Assembly: GCA_038279365.1 (NCBI GenBank)
Contig: JAYODI010000021.1
Location: forward strand, 1-57,530
DNA from: Candidatus Latescibacterota bacterium
GTDB lineage: Bacteria > Latescibacterota > UBA2968
Length of the DNA: 57,530 nucleotides
Direction: 5' to 3'
Below, piece by piece: positions 18,239 through 28,768 of the stretch. The notes under the pieces are model-generated. The model was not told the DNA's origin. It did no database searches and saw nothing but the letters and a program-made list of their open reading frames with translations. Position 1 is the first letter of the stretch. Each line of letters begins with the position of its first letter. The translations under genes and the position numbers were made by a program.

Positions 18239-19471
18239 ATGGAGCGGATAATCAGCCTATTTGGTCTCATCGTGATGATGGGCCTTGCGTGGCTTATGTG
18301 TGAACACAAAAAACAAATCAACTTTCGTATTATCTGGGGCGGTTTGTTGCTTCAATTTGTTTTGGCTTTGTTCATTCTCAAAACCGCAATCGGAGCCAGT
18401 ATCTTTCAAGGCATTGGCAGTTTCTTCACATCCATCCTCGGTTTTGTCGATGCGGGCACCAGTCTCGTTTTTGGCGAACAATACGTCCATCACTTCTTCG
18501 CCTTTAAAGTCCTCCCCACCATCATCTTCTTCTCATCACTCATGTCCATCTTGTATTATTTGGGTCTTGTACAAAAAGTGGTTGAAGCTTTTGCCTATGT
18601 GATGCAACGCACCTTAGGCACATCGGGCTCCGAAACACTCTCGGCTGCGGCCAATATCTTTGTGGGCCAAACCGAAGCGCCACTAATGGTTCGCCCATAT
18701 ATTCAAAACATGACTCGATCAGAACTGATGGCGCTCATGGTGGGTGGGTTTGCTACCATTGCAGGAGGCGTGATGGCGGCTTATGTGGGCATGGGGATCA
18801 ACGCAGGTCATCTCGTTTCGGCCTCCGTCATCTCCGCACCTGCTGCCCTGCTTATATCCAAACTTATGATTCCCGAAACGGAACATTCACTCACAATGGG
18901 CCATGTTGAAATTGCTGTAGACGAAAAACATGCCAACGTCGTTGATGCGGCCACATCGGGTGCTTTAGAAGGTTTAAAACTTACGCTTAATGTTGCCGCG
19001 ATGCTCATCGCTTTTCTCGGCCTTGTCGCCCTTGTTGATGCCACATTAGGTGTTTTTGGCGGTTGGGTCGGTGGTCTTTTTGGTTATGCATGGAATTGGT
19101 CTTTGTCTATGATTTTCGGCTATATCTTTGCGCCATTCGCTTGGCTTTTGGGCATCCCTTATGCCGATTGTCTCTATGCCGGTGAATTGCTTGGGAAAAA
19201 AATGGTGCTCAATGAATTTATAGCCTATGCCCAAATGATGGAATGGCAACAGCCTGGCTCGGGCGTTGAGTTGAGTGAACGCAGTACTGTTATTCTAACT
19301 TATGCGCTCTGTGGTTTTGCAAACTTTGGCAGTGTGGGCATTCAAATTGGCGGTATTGGTGGCATTGCTCCAGACCGTCGTGCCGACCTCGCTCGCTTAG
19401 GCATTCGCGCCATGATTGGTGGTACCCTCGCCATGATGATGACGGCTTGTGTTGCGGGTATTTTGATCTAA
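18239..19471 (+). CDS. NupC/CNT-family concentrative nucleoside transporter
   Basis: Motifs FAFKVLPTIIFFS, NIFVGQTEAPL, GGFATIAG, NEFIAY and LCGFANFGS. GGAGGG RBS. Confidence 0.93.
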   Translation: MERIISLFGLIVMMGLAWLMCEHKKQINFRIIWGGLLLQFVLALFILKTAIGASIFQGIGSFFTSILGFVDAGTSLVFGEQYVHHFFAFKVLPTIIFFSSLMSILYYLGLVQKVVEAFAYVMQRTLGTSGSETLSAAANIFVGQTEAPLMVRPYIQNMTRSELMALMVGGFATIAGGVMAAYVGMGINAGHLVSASVISAPAALLISKLMIPETEHSLTMGHVEIAVDEKHANVVDAATSGALEGLKLTLNVAAMLIAFLGLVALVDATLGVFGGWVGGLFGYAWNWSLSMIFGYIFAPFAWLLGIPYADCLYAGELLGKKMVLNEFIAYAQMMEWQQPGSGVELSERSTVILTYALCGFANFGSVGIQIGGIGGIAPDRRADLARLGIRAMIGGTLAMMMTACVAGILI

Positions 19472-19487
19472 ACTAACGTTTTTGCAT

Positions 19488-19519
19488 AAAAAAAGGCGAG
19501 TTTATGACTCGCCTTTTTT
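19488..19519. terminator. Bidirectional intrinsic terminator
   Basis: A7-GGCGAGT / ACTCGCC-T6. Confidence 0.85.
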
Positions 19520-19573
19520 GTGTATCGCAAATTCACAATGCCTGATGTTGCATGGGGGGGGTGAACATACGAA

Positions 19574-20404
19574 CTACCAACTCGGCATCGGCTTTTTCAA
19601 CCCATCGCGTATCCAGAGAAATTGGCCATTGGGGTCGCCTGCATCACCAGAAATAATCTTAAGAATTAACTCTGCTGTTTTTTCTGGCGGGTCGCCCCCG
19701 TTTTCCTCAATCTTATTCACCCAGCCCAACATATTTCTACCATCTCCACTTCGTTGCTCAGCATCAGCCTTGATGCTTTTAAACATTTCCGTTTTGACCT
19801 CGCCTGGGTGTATCACATTTGCAGTTACACCGCTACCTTCCACTTCTTTGGCGAGTTGACGTGTGAAATGATTTAAGGCGACTTTTGAGAGGGAATAGAC
19901 AGAGCCAATATGCGTAGGTGCGTGTAGCGCTGATGCAGAACTGACATTTATTATACACCCCCATCCTTTATCCTTCATCGCGCCAACAAAAGCGCGACAA
20001 GTTAGGTAACATCCAAAAAGATTGGTATCCAAAGTTTGCTTCCAAAGCTTGGGTGTTGATTCTTCAATAGAAACCAACTCACAATGTAATCCTGCTGCGT
20101 TCACCAATACATCTGGCGTACCTATTTGTGCCTCTACATCGGCTTTCAATTGGTTCACTGCTGTTTCATCTGCAACATCGCACGAAAAACACTGTGATAT
20201 ACCCTCCACTGATGCAATTTGTTGTGCAGTTTTTTGGAGGTTTTTTAATCGACGTCCGACCAAAGCTACCTTTATACCTCGCTGTGCCAATTCATGTGCA
20301 ACGACTGCGCCCACACCACTGCCTGCACCTGTGACCACCGCAATCAATCCATCACGAATGGGTGTTAATGGTTCTTGTATTTTAAAACCATTTGTATCTG
20401 ACAT
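19574..20404 (-). CDS. Short-chain dehydrogenase/reductase (SDR)
   Basis: Motifs TGAGSGVG, LVNAAG, NVSS, YSLSK and IHPG. Confidence 0.92.
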   Translation of the reverse strand: MSDTNGFKIQEPLTPIRDGLIAVVTGAGSGVGAVVAHELAQRGIKVALVGRRLKNLQKTAQQIASVEGISQCFSCDVADETAVNQLKADVEAQIGTPDVLVNAAGLHCELVSIEESTPKLWKQTLDTNLFGCYLTCRAFVGAMKDKGWGCIINVSSASALHAPTHIGSVYSLSKVALNHFTRQLAKEVEGSGVTANVIHPGEVKTEMFKSIKADAEQRSGDGRNMLGWVNKIEENGGDPPEKTAELILKIISGDAGDPNGQFLWIRDGLKKPMPSW

Positions 20405-20438
20405 CGTAATACCCCTTAAAAGTCACATTTTTTCAAAC

Positions 20439-20471
20439 AAAAGCCACAGAGACTTTGTCTCTGTGGCTTTT
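20439..20471 (-). terminator. Terminator-like hairpin after purC
   Basis: AAAAGCCACAGAGAC / GTCTCTGTGGCTTTT. Confidence 0.7.
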
Positions 20472-20493
20472 GGTATACCTGTAGAAGGTTGTT

Positions 20494-21459
20494 TTAGAAA
20501 TATGATTCAATATTTTTTTCTATGCGCTCTAAAATGGGTGTGTCACCCATTTCAGCATCAAATGATTGGCCGGTGACACGTTCATATAAGTTGATGTATC
20601 GACTGGAAACTTGTGTGCGAATGTCGTCATCTAATTTGGGAATATTGGTATCTGAAATGCCTTTGTCGCGTAACCACAAACGCAAAAATTCTTTATCCAA
20701 ACTTTCAGGTTCTTCCCCTTTTTTGTGGCGGTCTTCATAAGAGTCTAAGATCCAATATCGGGATGAGTCTGGTGTGTGAATTTCATCGGCAATGGTTAAT
20801 GTACCATTTTCATCTATGCCCATCTCATATTTTGTATCGACCAAAATTAACCCACGCTGTGCGGCCAATTCCGTACCCCGTGCAAACAGTGCCAATGCTT
20901 TTTCTTCTATCTCGGCCCATCGGTCGGCATCGACCAACCCGCGTTCTACAATTTGGGCCGCAGAAATGGATTCGTCGTGACCTTCGGCCTTGGTTGTGGG
21001 TGTGATAATGGCTGTTTCAAGTTTTTGATTTTTGACCATGCCATTTGGCAAGTCAATGCCGCAAAAATTGCGTACCCCTTTGGCATAATTGGTCCAAATA
21101 GATGTATCGGTGCTGCCTGTTAAATATCGTCGTACCACTATTTCAACCAGCACCATATCCAACTCACGTGCCACAGTCACATTGGGATCGGGCAAGGCAA
21201 TAATGGGATTGGGCATGATGTCTTCGGTTTGTTTAAACCAGTAGTGTGCAATGCGATTGAGCACTTGTCCTTTGAGTGGAATTGCACCCAAAATATGATC
21301 AAATGCACTTTGTCGGTCGGTTGTTATTAAAATGCGTTTGTCATCTAACAAATACATATCACGCACTTTGCCTTTTTTATAAGAACTTGCCCATCGATCA
21401 AATTTGGCATCCAACAAACAATTGTTTAACTGTGACCGAATCTGTGCTTCCGTAACCAT
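20494..21459 (-). CDS. purC: SAICAR synthetase
   Basis: Motifs GKVRD, TDRQSAFD, TPTTKA, ILVDTKYE and DEIHTPDSSRYW. AAAGGA RBS before ATG 21459. Confidence 0.93.
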   Translation of the reverse strand: MVTEAQIRSQLNNCLLDAKFDRWASSYKKGKVRDMYLLDDKRILITTDRQSAFDHILGAIPLKGQVLNRIAHYWFKQTEDIMPNPIIALPDPNVTVARELDMVLVEIVVRRYLTGSTDTSIWTNYAKGVRNFCGIDLPNGMVKNQKLETAIITPTTKAEGHDESISAAQIVERGLVDADRWAEIEEKALALFARGTELAAQRGLILVDTKYEMGIDENGTLTIADEIHTPDSSRYWILDSYEDRHKKGEEPESLDKEFLRLWLRDKGISDTNIPKLDDDIRTQVSSRYINLYERVTGQSFDAEMGDTPILERIEKNIESYF

Positions 21460-21492
21460 TATTTTTCCTTTTTTAAAGTGTGTCGTTTCCAA

Positions 21493-23253
21493 TTACTTTT
21501 TTGGTTTTAAGGCATATTCTAAAGATCCACTGGGGTCATTAAATCGCAAATATAACCCCCATCCACCTCCACTTTGTCCAATCTTGCACAGCACTTCGTT
21601 CCAACCTGCATTTAACTCACACGATACAACATCCGAATCGGCAAATGCACCTCGACTCACATTGTTGCGATGCACTTCTTTGCCATTAATCCATACGGCC
21701 ACTTGATCATCGCTACCCACCAGCAAATCGGCCCGACGCGCATTCTTAGAAAAGGCATAGGTCAATGCATATGCAACTGCATAACGTGGAGCAGATGGAA
21801 AAGCCATGCCAATGCGCAACAAACCATCTTCACGGGTTTCTACGGGTTTCCAAGTAATGGGCTGGTCATTTAGGCCAGTGAAGGAACCTGTTAGATTGCG
21901 GTTTGTTTCAGGGGGCAAGGGGGCATTGATGTCATCTGGGTTGGCTTTTGCAAATGGCCCAACCAAATGGAATGCAGCTGGAAATGGAGAAGCTGGTTTT
22001 AAGTGATAACTGTCGATGCTTACATGATAACCCGCTGATGTGTCTGATTTACCGACCACATAAAGTGCAATTTCATGATATCCTTTGGTCATGGACGGCA
22101 CCCCCAGTGTCATCCATGAACCGACAATGGTTTCTGCGGCATACAAATCTTGGAAAGGCCCTGCGGGTTGACCATCGACATATAACTGCACACGACCATA
22201 TTCTGGCCCGCGTGTCATGAGGGCACTAAACGTATAACGGTCCGAACGCGAAACATCCAGTGGCCAGGTTAAACGTGCATCGACATCTTCGGCAAGCAAT
22301 GTAACCTGGTGCCCACCTATTGGTACACCGATATCTCGATAAGATTGAATTTCCATCTCTGCAAGATCGGTGTACATATCGGTTTTGTGTTTAAAAATGG
22401 ATTGAATATCACGGGGGGGCAAATCAAGTTCTTTTTCATACCACCAAGCGGGCAGTTTAAAAATATCTCGTTGTTCATTGGTTAAAATAAGCTCATCGCC
22501 TTCAAACCCTGTGGCTTCTACGCCCATATCATGAGTTAAGGACCATGGCTCTGTTTGAATCAATTCGGCGGGTGATGTTTTTTGATTGGCATGATAAACC
22601 CACAACCCGTTATAAGTACAGGCTGCTAATCGTCTCCCATCGCTTGACAAAGATGCACCCGTAATGCGATATGCACCGCCTTTTAAAACACCCACACGAT
22701 CTAAGATATGGGTCTGAGAGGTATCTACATCTAATTTTGTAAACCGATACAAGACGGCTTTTTCCATTTCTTTGGAAATGATATGGGGCATTCCTTCATA
22801 AATAAACATCCCTTCAGCATCCACATTTTCTGTTGGATATTTATAAGGGTAAACGGCTGTTGCTGTTGCAATGGTGTCCCGATATGGGTTGGGCTCTGGC
22901 ACCACATAAACGCGCAAATCGGTACGTGCACGGCTGTTGTTGCCAATTTCTCCTACCCAAAGTTGTCCTTTGTCATCTATGGCAAGGGCTTCCCAATCGC
23001 GATTTTGGGTTCCATTGACCACAAACTCACGAATCAACGACCCATCTAAGCGTGTGGCATAAAGCACATTGGGGTTGCCCGAGTCATTGAGTGTCCAATA
23101 GACATTGCCATATTGGCGACTTGTCACAAAACCTGAGCTTTCACGAATGGGCTCATGGGTATATTGGCCAATGGGATACCAAGGTGATATGTCCGTTTGA
23201 GCCCATATGGATGACGCACACAACAACATAACAATCAGGTGCCAAACAAACAT
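21493..23253 (-). CDS. Secreted multidomain hypothetical protein (beta-propeller N-terminus, beta-sandwich C-terminal domains)
   Basis: Signal peptide. ESSG / NDSG / NRDWEALA / GEIGNN propeller motifs. C-terminal GSDDQVAVWING...LNAGWNEVLCK (PA14-like). Confidence 0.65.
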   Translation of the reverse strand: MFVWHLIVMLLCASSIWAQTDISPWYPIGQYTHEPIRESSGFVTSRQYGNVYWTLNDSGNPNVLYATRLDGSLIREFVVNGTQNRDWEALAIDDKGQLWVGEIGNNSRARTDLRVYVVPEPNPYRDTIATATAVYPYKYPTENVDAEGMFIYEGMPHIISKEMEKAVLYRFTKLDVDTSQTHILDRVGVLKGGAYRITGASLSSDGRRLAACTYNGLWVYHANQKTSPAELIQTEPWSLTHDMGVEATGFEGDELILTNEQRDIFKLPAWWYEKELDLPPRDIQSIFKHKTDMYTDLAEMEIQSYRDIGVPIGGHQVTLLAEDVDARLTWPLDVSRSDRYTFSALMTRGPEYGRVQLYVDGQPAGPFQDLYAAETIVGSWMTLGVPSMTKGYHEIALYVVGKSDTSAGYHVSIDSYHLKPASPFPAAFHLVGPFAKANPDDINAPLPPETNRNLTGSFTGLNDQPITWKPVETREDGLLRIGMAFPSAPRYAVAYALTYAFSKNARRADLLVGSDDQVAVWINGKEVHRNNVSRGAFADSDVVSCELNAGWNEVLCKIGQSGGGWGLYLRFNDPSGSLEYALKPKK

Positions 23254-23345
23254 AGATCCTCCCCATGTAAAACAATGGCGTTTGTTTAAAACAATAGACA
23301 GGTGATGGCGATAAATGGTTTCAAACAATGGGATATATTTAAAAA

Positions 23346-25214
23346 CTAAGCCCTTGGATCGACCTCATAAACGCGCACTTCACAAATACGCGCATGATCC
23401 AAGCCATTGCTCGCAGTTACCTTTATGCGCAGTGCGGTTACCGAAGGTGCATCATTTATGACATGTTCCACGCGCCTGAGATAATTGCCTGTTCGTTCAT
23501 CCAATGCCTGCCAAGAACCATTTATTTCGCCTTCAATAATATAGTCACGCACGGTTTCTTCTTGGGGTTGCCCCCATTGCATGCGATTGACAAATGCATC
23601 GGAATGGCTCAGTGTGAGTGGGCGATGCATGCCCGTATCAAAAATCAAATGTACACGCTTGGGTGTTATGGGTGTATCCCATCGCAATTCCAATGTTGCG
23701 GGTAAGGCTTGGCTCATCCACCGATGGGTTCCTTTTTTGATGCGATCAGGTGGCCCACCCAACTCCCCATCAACAGCGCGTGTTTGTCCACTTAACACGT
23801 GAGTGGCCTCACCGCCTTTACGTTCACTCGAGGCCGTTACGGTTGCTTTTTGTGCCACATCCAATTCATCATCATTATAGACACCGATCAAATAGGCATC
23901 ATCGCGCAACAACATTTGCTGGATTGCTTTCATGGCGTTGGAAGAGCCCGATAATGCATGGGGTGATATATTGTGCTTTATTGCATAAGCGGCAGCTGTG
24001 CCAGCACCTTGCCCCACCACTGCACAAGTGGCCATGACGCGTGTGGATGAAAATCCAATATGTGTGGCCGATAAATTGCGCCCAGCAAACATTAAGTTGG
24101 GTATGTCACGCGACACACAACAGCTCAAGGGAATGTCATAAATGTATGGTACTTGTGGTTGGTTACAAGGAGGTTCATCTTTGGCATCGACCCCATCGGG
24201 CGGATGTGTATCTAAAGACCAGCCGCCAAAAGCAATGGCATCGTCAAATGGGCGGCCTTCCCAAATATCGTTTTCGCTTAAAATATGTTGTCCTATAAAC
24301 CGACGGCTCTCGCGTTTGCCGGGTAAAAAGCTAAACCACGTGAGGGCCCAGTTTTCGGCACCGTGATCGCCATCGTTTTTAATGTGATTCCAAACGCCCA
24401 ACATGATGGCCAACAACTCGTCGCGAATGATTTCGTTGTCTTTAATGGTATCTAAGTTCCCCCCCCACTCTACCCACCAATATCCATACTCCAAACCTCT
24501 ATCCACACCCGGTGAAGCATGAGGGCGGAGTTTCAAATCATCTTCCGTAAATTTGCGTACCCAAGGGGGGGCAACAAAAGGCATGGGTTTGTCATATTTT
24601 CGTGCTTGGAACAACAAGGTTGATCCCAAGCTTTTTTTGTCTGCCACATCTTGGGCGCGTGATTCCTCAAATTCATCTTTTGCCTCACGCCCACGCCGAA
24701 AGGGTGCACCCGCTTCTGCACCCAAACGACCATCGCCCGTACAATCAATAAATATGCTGGCCGTAATGACAAATTGATCTTCTGTGGATTGGCGCAAAGC
24801 GATGGCCTTTGTAATTTGCGCCCCGTCTTTTTCGACGCCTACCACTTCGGTATTTAACATCAGTGTCAGATTTTTTTCAGCGCGGCACATTTCATAAAAT
24901 GTCAAATCCAACATTGAGGCTGAGCGTTGTGGGTTACGCACCGCTGCATCCAAACGAATTTCCTCTATAATGCCGCCCTCGCGTGTTTCGGTTGCCAATG
25001 GCCTGTTATGCCCACGACTGCCACTGGCATCGGCACCCACTATATGCATGCGTACTTCACTGGATGCGTTGCCCCCCAACACATGCCTGTTTTGACACAA
25101 AATTACTTTGGCGCCATTGCGAGCTGCGGCCAAGGCACACGGCACACCTGCTGGCCCGCCCCCCGCCACCAAAACATCACACGTCAATTCATGTGTTTCA
25201 AGCAAGTTAGACAT
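23346..25214 (-). CDS. FAD-dependent oxidoreductase (FAD_oxidored-like) with C-terminal beta-sandwich domain
   Basis: Motifs VAGGGPAG, LGGNASSE, FIDCTGDG, KRESRR, AGRNLSATH and RVMATC. Confidence 0.85.
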   Translation of the reverse strand: MSNLLETHELTCDVLVAGGGPAGVPCALAAARNGAKVILCQNRHVLGGNASSEVRMHIVGADASGSRGHNRPLATETREGGIIEEIRLDAAVRNPQRSASMLDLTFYEMCRAEKNLTLMLNTEVVGVEKDGAQITKAIALRQSTEDQFVITASIFIDCTGDGRLGAEAGAPFRRGREAKDEFEESRAQDVADKKSLGSTLLFQARKYDKPMPFVAPPWVRKFTEDDLKLRPHASPGVDRGLEYGYWWVEWGGNLDTIKDNEIIRDELLAIMLGVWNHIKNDGDHGAENWALTWFSFLPGKRESRRFIGQHILSENDIWEGRPFDDAIAFGGWSLDTHPPDGVDAKDEPPCNQPQVPYIYDIPLSCCVSRDIPNLMFAGRNLSATHIGFSSTRVMATCAVVGQGAGTAAAYAIKHNISPHALSGSSNAMKAIQQMLLRDDAYLIGVYNDDELDVAQKATVTASSERKGGEATHVLSGQTRAVDGELGGPPDRIKKGTHRWMSQALPATLELRWDTPITPKRVHLIFDTGMHRPLTLSHSDAFVNRMQWGQPQEETVRDYIIEGEINGSWQALDERTGNYLRRVEHVINDAPSVTALRIKVTASNGLDHARICEVRVYEVDPRA

Positions 25215-25267
25215 GATTTCTCCTTAAAAATAACCACAAGTCACAAGTCATAGATCCCGTTTCATAA

Positions 25268-26365
25268 TTATAAAGTTTTACAAACCGCGCTTAAAACTTC
25301 TGCAACCACCGCACGTTCTTCTGGTGTACCAACGGTTATACGTATCAAACGGTCCAAATCGGGAACACGGGGTTTGCGTACAAAAACCCCATTTGATATT
25401 AACCTATCCAAAATGGCTTCTGCTCGGTTGGCTGTGTCACAATCAAATGCCACAAAATTGGTTGCCGAGGGTAAGGTGGGCAACCCAAGCGTTTGCCCCA
25501 AGGCATCATATTCTGCACGTCCTTCGGCCACTTGTTGCACCACCGACTGAATAAAGGTGTGATCACTTAAAGATGCAAGTGCACCTATTTGTGCGATTCG
25601 GTTCACATTAAAATGTAATCGGAGCTTGTCAAATGCGGTTATCACCTCTGGATGTGCAATTGCATAACCAATACGCGCTCCAGCCATTCCGTGTGCTTTT
25701 GAAAATGTGCGCATTCTAATAACGCGTGGATCGTGGGGCACCATGGGCAAAATAGAATCGTCTGGTGCAAACTCAAAATAGGCCTCATCCAAAATGCACA
25801 TACATGTTTCAGGTAATGCATCTAAAAATGCCTGTATTTCTACGGCAGTATACCACGTTCCTGTTGGGTTGTCTGGGTTTGCCAAATACACCAAATGTGA
25901 TCCTGTTTCAATGACCATCGCGGCCAAAGTTGCCAAGTCGTTGCGATGTTCAAAATAACGTACGGTATGGCTTATGGCACCAAAACCTGTGACATGATAA
26001 TGATAGGTTGGATAAGACCCCAAAGAGGCAACGGTCACTTGCCCTGGCTCTAAAAATGCCCGCACCACCAAACCCAACAAATCATCAATGCCCGCACCCA
26101 CACTGATATGATTGATCGGTACATTATACAGTTGCGCCAATGCCTTACGTAAGTCATAATTCTCTGGGTCATTGTACCACCCCACGCTGTCTACGGCACT
26201 TATCATGGCTTGCCATGCTTTGGGTGAAAGACCAAAAGCGCTTTCATTGGCGCCTACACGGGCTTTAAAAATTTTGCCATTTTTGCGCTCAAGTGTTTCG
26301 GGTCCAACAAATGGAATGCTTGCAGGCAAACTTTGAACATGTGATGTAAATGGAAATGGATTCAT
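25268..26365 (-). CDS. PLP-dependent aminotransferase class I/II (HisC-like)
   Basis: Motifs ANES, NPDNPTG, LDEAY and RTFSKAHGMAGARIGY. Confidence 0.88.
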   Translation of the reverse strand: MNPFPFTSHVQSLPASIPFVGPETLERKNGKIFKARVGANESAFGLSPKAWQAMISAVDSVGWYNDPENYDLRKALAQLYNVPINHISVGAGIDDLLGLVVRAFLEPGQVTVASLGSYPTYHYHVTGFGAISHTVRYFEHRNDLATLAAMVIETGSHLVYLANPDNPTGTWYTAVEIQAFLDALPETCMCILDEAYFEFAPDDSILPMVPHDPRVIRMRTFSKAHGMAGARIGYAIAHPEVITAFDKLRLHFNVNRIAQIGALASLSDHTFIQSVVQQVAEGRAEYDALGQTLGLPTLPSATNFVAFDCDTANRAEAILDRLISNGVFVRKPRVPDLDRLIRITVGTPEERAVVAEVLSAVCKTL

Positions 26366-26515
26366 AAAGGTTGTCTTTATTGGTTTGTTATTGTTTTAAG
26401 GAAGGCAAACGGCAAATGTGAACCGGCAAAAGAATCCTTTTATCCATCAACGTAACAAATAGCCCACGTCTGTCATTTGCCATTTCACGTCTCACAGTTT
26501 TTAAAGGAGTTCTTC

Positions 26516-27985
26516 ATGTCTGCCACGTCAGATACACGCCCCAACATTGTATTTATTTGCTCAGACCAACACGCTTTTCGCTACACGGGTTATGCTGGCC
26601 ATCCGATTGTCAAAACGCCTCATATGGACAAAATTGCCCAAAAAGGCGTTATTTTCTCCAATACCTACTGCGGCAGCCCCGTTTGCACGCCTGGGCGTGC
26701 CTGTCTTATGACGGGTATGTATCCATCGGATGTGGGTTCTTACTGCAACTCTACGGTGTGGGATGGCAGCTACCCCACGTGGGGCACCCGCTTAAATAAG
26801 GCAGGATACGATTGTCGGGCAACAGGAAAATTTGACCTCCACGATGATTATGAACGGGGTTTCAAAGAAATTAATGTTTCCAATGGTCACTGTAGCAAAC
26901 CCGATATCACCTCTCTTTTTCGCTCACCTCCGTGTTATCGTATCAGTGAACGCGATCATGTGGATGGCTCGTTTCGAGAAAAACCACATGGTGATGCTGC
27001 AAAAACACAAACAGCATTGGATTTTATACACAACGAAGCCCATAGGCTCAATACGCCGTGGCTGTTTTATTTGGGGCTCAGTCAACCCCACCCGCAATTT
27101 ATTGCTCAAAAAAAATACTGGGACATGTATCCCGAAGCAGATATGGACTTGCCCGATGTGCGTCAAGACGATCTTGAAAACCAGCATCTTGTTTATCAAG
27201 GGCTGCGCCACTTTAAGCGCATTGCCACCCCTATTCCTGAAGACCGTATACGACGCGCCCGAGCCGGTTATTATGGCATGATCACAGAGTTGGATGCCTA
27301 CATTGGTCAGGTGTGGGACGCACTTGAAAAAACGGGTCAACTCAAAAATACCATTTTTATTTATACGTCAGATCACGGCGAATCACTGGGAGAACACGGC
27401 CTTTGGTATAAAAACAATCTATATGAAAATGCCGCTCATGTGCCTCTTATGATTGCTGGGCCTGGTTTACCCAAAGGGATCACCATTGATACACCTGTGG
27501 CTCATGTTGATTTGGTTGCAACACTTCTCGATCTGGCCAATACTGAAATTGCTCCGGAACTACGCGGTCATTCACTTTTGCCTTTTATGCATGGAACAAA
27601 AAACAACCACCCTAACTGGACGTATACCGAATCACATTCTGAAGGCAACTGCACAGGTTCATTTCTGATTCGCAAAGGCGATTGGAAATATATGCACTTT
27701 ACGTGGTACGATGACCTGCTCTTTAATGTGGCTGAAGACCCTGGTGAGTTTGACAACCGCATTGACGATCCTGACGCCCAAGAGGCACGAACAGAACTGA
27801 GCGATATTCTCAATAATCTTGTTGATACGGAACAAATTACCCGTGATGCTTTTGCGGCCCAGAAGCGCCAACTTGACAAGTTGGCGTCTGGTAAAACGGA
27901 ACAGGAACTTGCCGACTATCTTGGAGGCCGTCTTGGTCGGGGGCTTGGTCGGGTGTTGGCATCGCAATATTATGCCAATAGATAG
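26516..27985 (+). CDS. Cys-type sulfatase (choline-sulfatase-like)
   Basis: Motifs PNIVFICSDQH, CTPGR (CxPxR), TSDHGE and HVPL. AAGGAG RBS. Confidence 0.92.
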   Translation: MSATSDTRPNIVFICSDQHAFRYTGYAGHPIVKTPHMDKIAQKGVIFSNTYCGSPVCTPGRACLMTGMYPSDVGSYCNSTVWDGSYPTWGTRLNKAGYDCRATGKFDLHDDYERGFKEINVSNGHCSKPDITSLFRSPPCYRISERDHVDGSFREKPHGDAAKTQTALDFIHNEAHRLNTPWLFYLGLSQPHPQFIAQKKYWDMYPEADMDLPDVRQDDLENQHLVYQGLRHFKRIATPIPEDRIRRARAGYYGMITELDAYIGQVWDALEKTGQLKNTIFIYTSDHGESLGEHGLWYKNNLYENAAHVPLMIAGPGLPKGITIDTPVAHVDLVATLLDLANTEIAPELRGHSLLPFMHGTKNNHPNWTYTESHSEGNCTGSFLIRKGDWKYMHFTWYDDLLFNVAEDPGEFDNRIDDPDAQEARTELSDILNNLVDTEQITRDAFAAQKRQLDKLASGKTEQELADYLGGRLGRGLGRVLASQYYANR

Positions 27986-28084
27986 GGTTTTTAAAATTGC
28001 CTATTGCTAAAAAAATCAGTTTATCGTAATCTTGGATGTTGTCATTTTGATACAAGTTCAAACAATGTTTTAAGGGAAAACCCT

Positions 28085-28696
28085 ATGGCCCACCAGGTGG
28101 GTTATTTATCGTCTGATATTCTTCAAATTTATCATGAAGTTGATACACAAACAGCCAAAATAGCCAAAAGCACAGGGCTTCATTGTCCACCCCAATGTGG
28201 TCAGTGTTGTCACAGCCCCAAAATTGAAATAAGTGTGTTGGAAGCATTGCCATTGGCTTTGGATATTTATTTGTCTCATGACGAAGATAGGGTCATGGAC
28301 AAAATTGAGGCCCAAGGCCCTGATGCCATTTGTGTTATTTTTGACCCCGATCCAGAAAACTCAGACAAAGGACGCTGTTCGCGCTATGCGATGCGGCCTC
28401 TTATTTGTCGTCTTTTTGGTTATTCAGCCCGAAAAAACAAATACGAAGAATTAGAATTTGCGGGTTGCCAGGTGCATAAAGCCCAAGAAAATGCGGCCTA
28501 TCAACGTGCGGTGTTTGCTTTAAAAAGTGGTTTTCCTGTTCCTGTAGGGCAAGAATTTTGTTTGCAAGTGGCTTCTTTAAACCCGCAGTTGGGCCATCGT
28601 ATTTTACCCATTAATCAAGCGATTGCCGAAGCACTTGAATTTCTTTATTGGAAACATCCTCGGCAAATTCCCAAAAACAAACAACGCGCGAGTTGA
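28085..28696 (+). CDS. YkgJ-family cysteine cluster protein
   Basis: CPPQCGQCC...C...C..Y..RPLICRLFG. Confidence 0.85.
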   Translation: MAHQVGYLSSDILQIYHEVDTQTAKIAKSTGLHCPPQCGQCCHSPKIEISVLEALPLALDIYLSHDEDRVMDKIEAQGPDAICVIFDPDPENSDKGRCSRYAMRPLICRLFGYSARKNKYEELEFAGCQVHKAQENAAYQRAVFALKSGFPVPVGQEFCLQVASLNPQLGHRILPINQAIAEALEFLYWKHPRQIPKNKQRAS

Positions 28697-28768
28697 TCTA
28701 CAACGTTTGATGTGTTGTTGAATCTGTGATCATTGTCGTAAATAGTTACCCGATAAGATGTCGTATCG

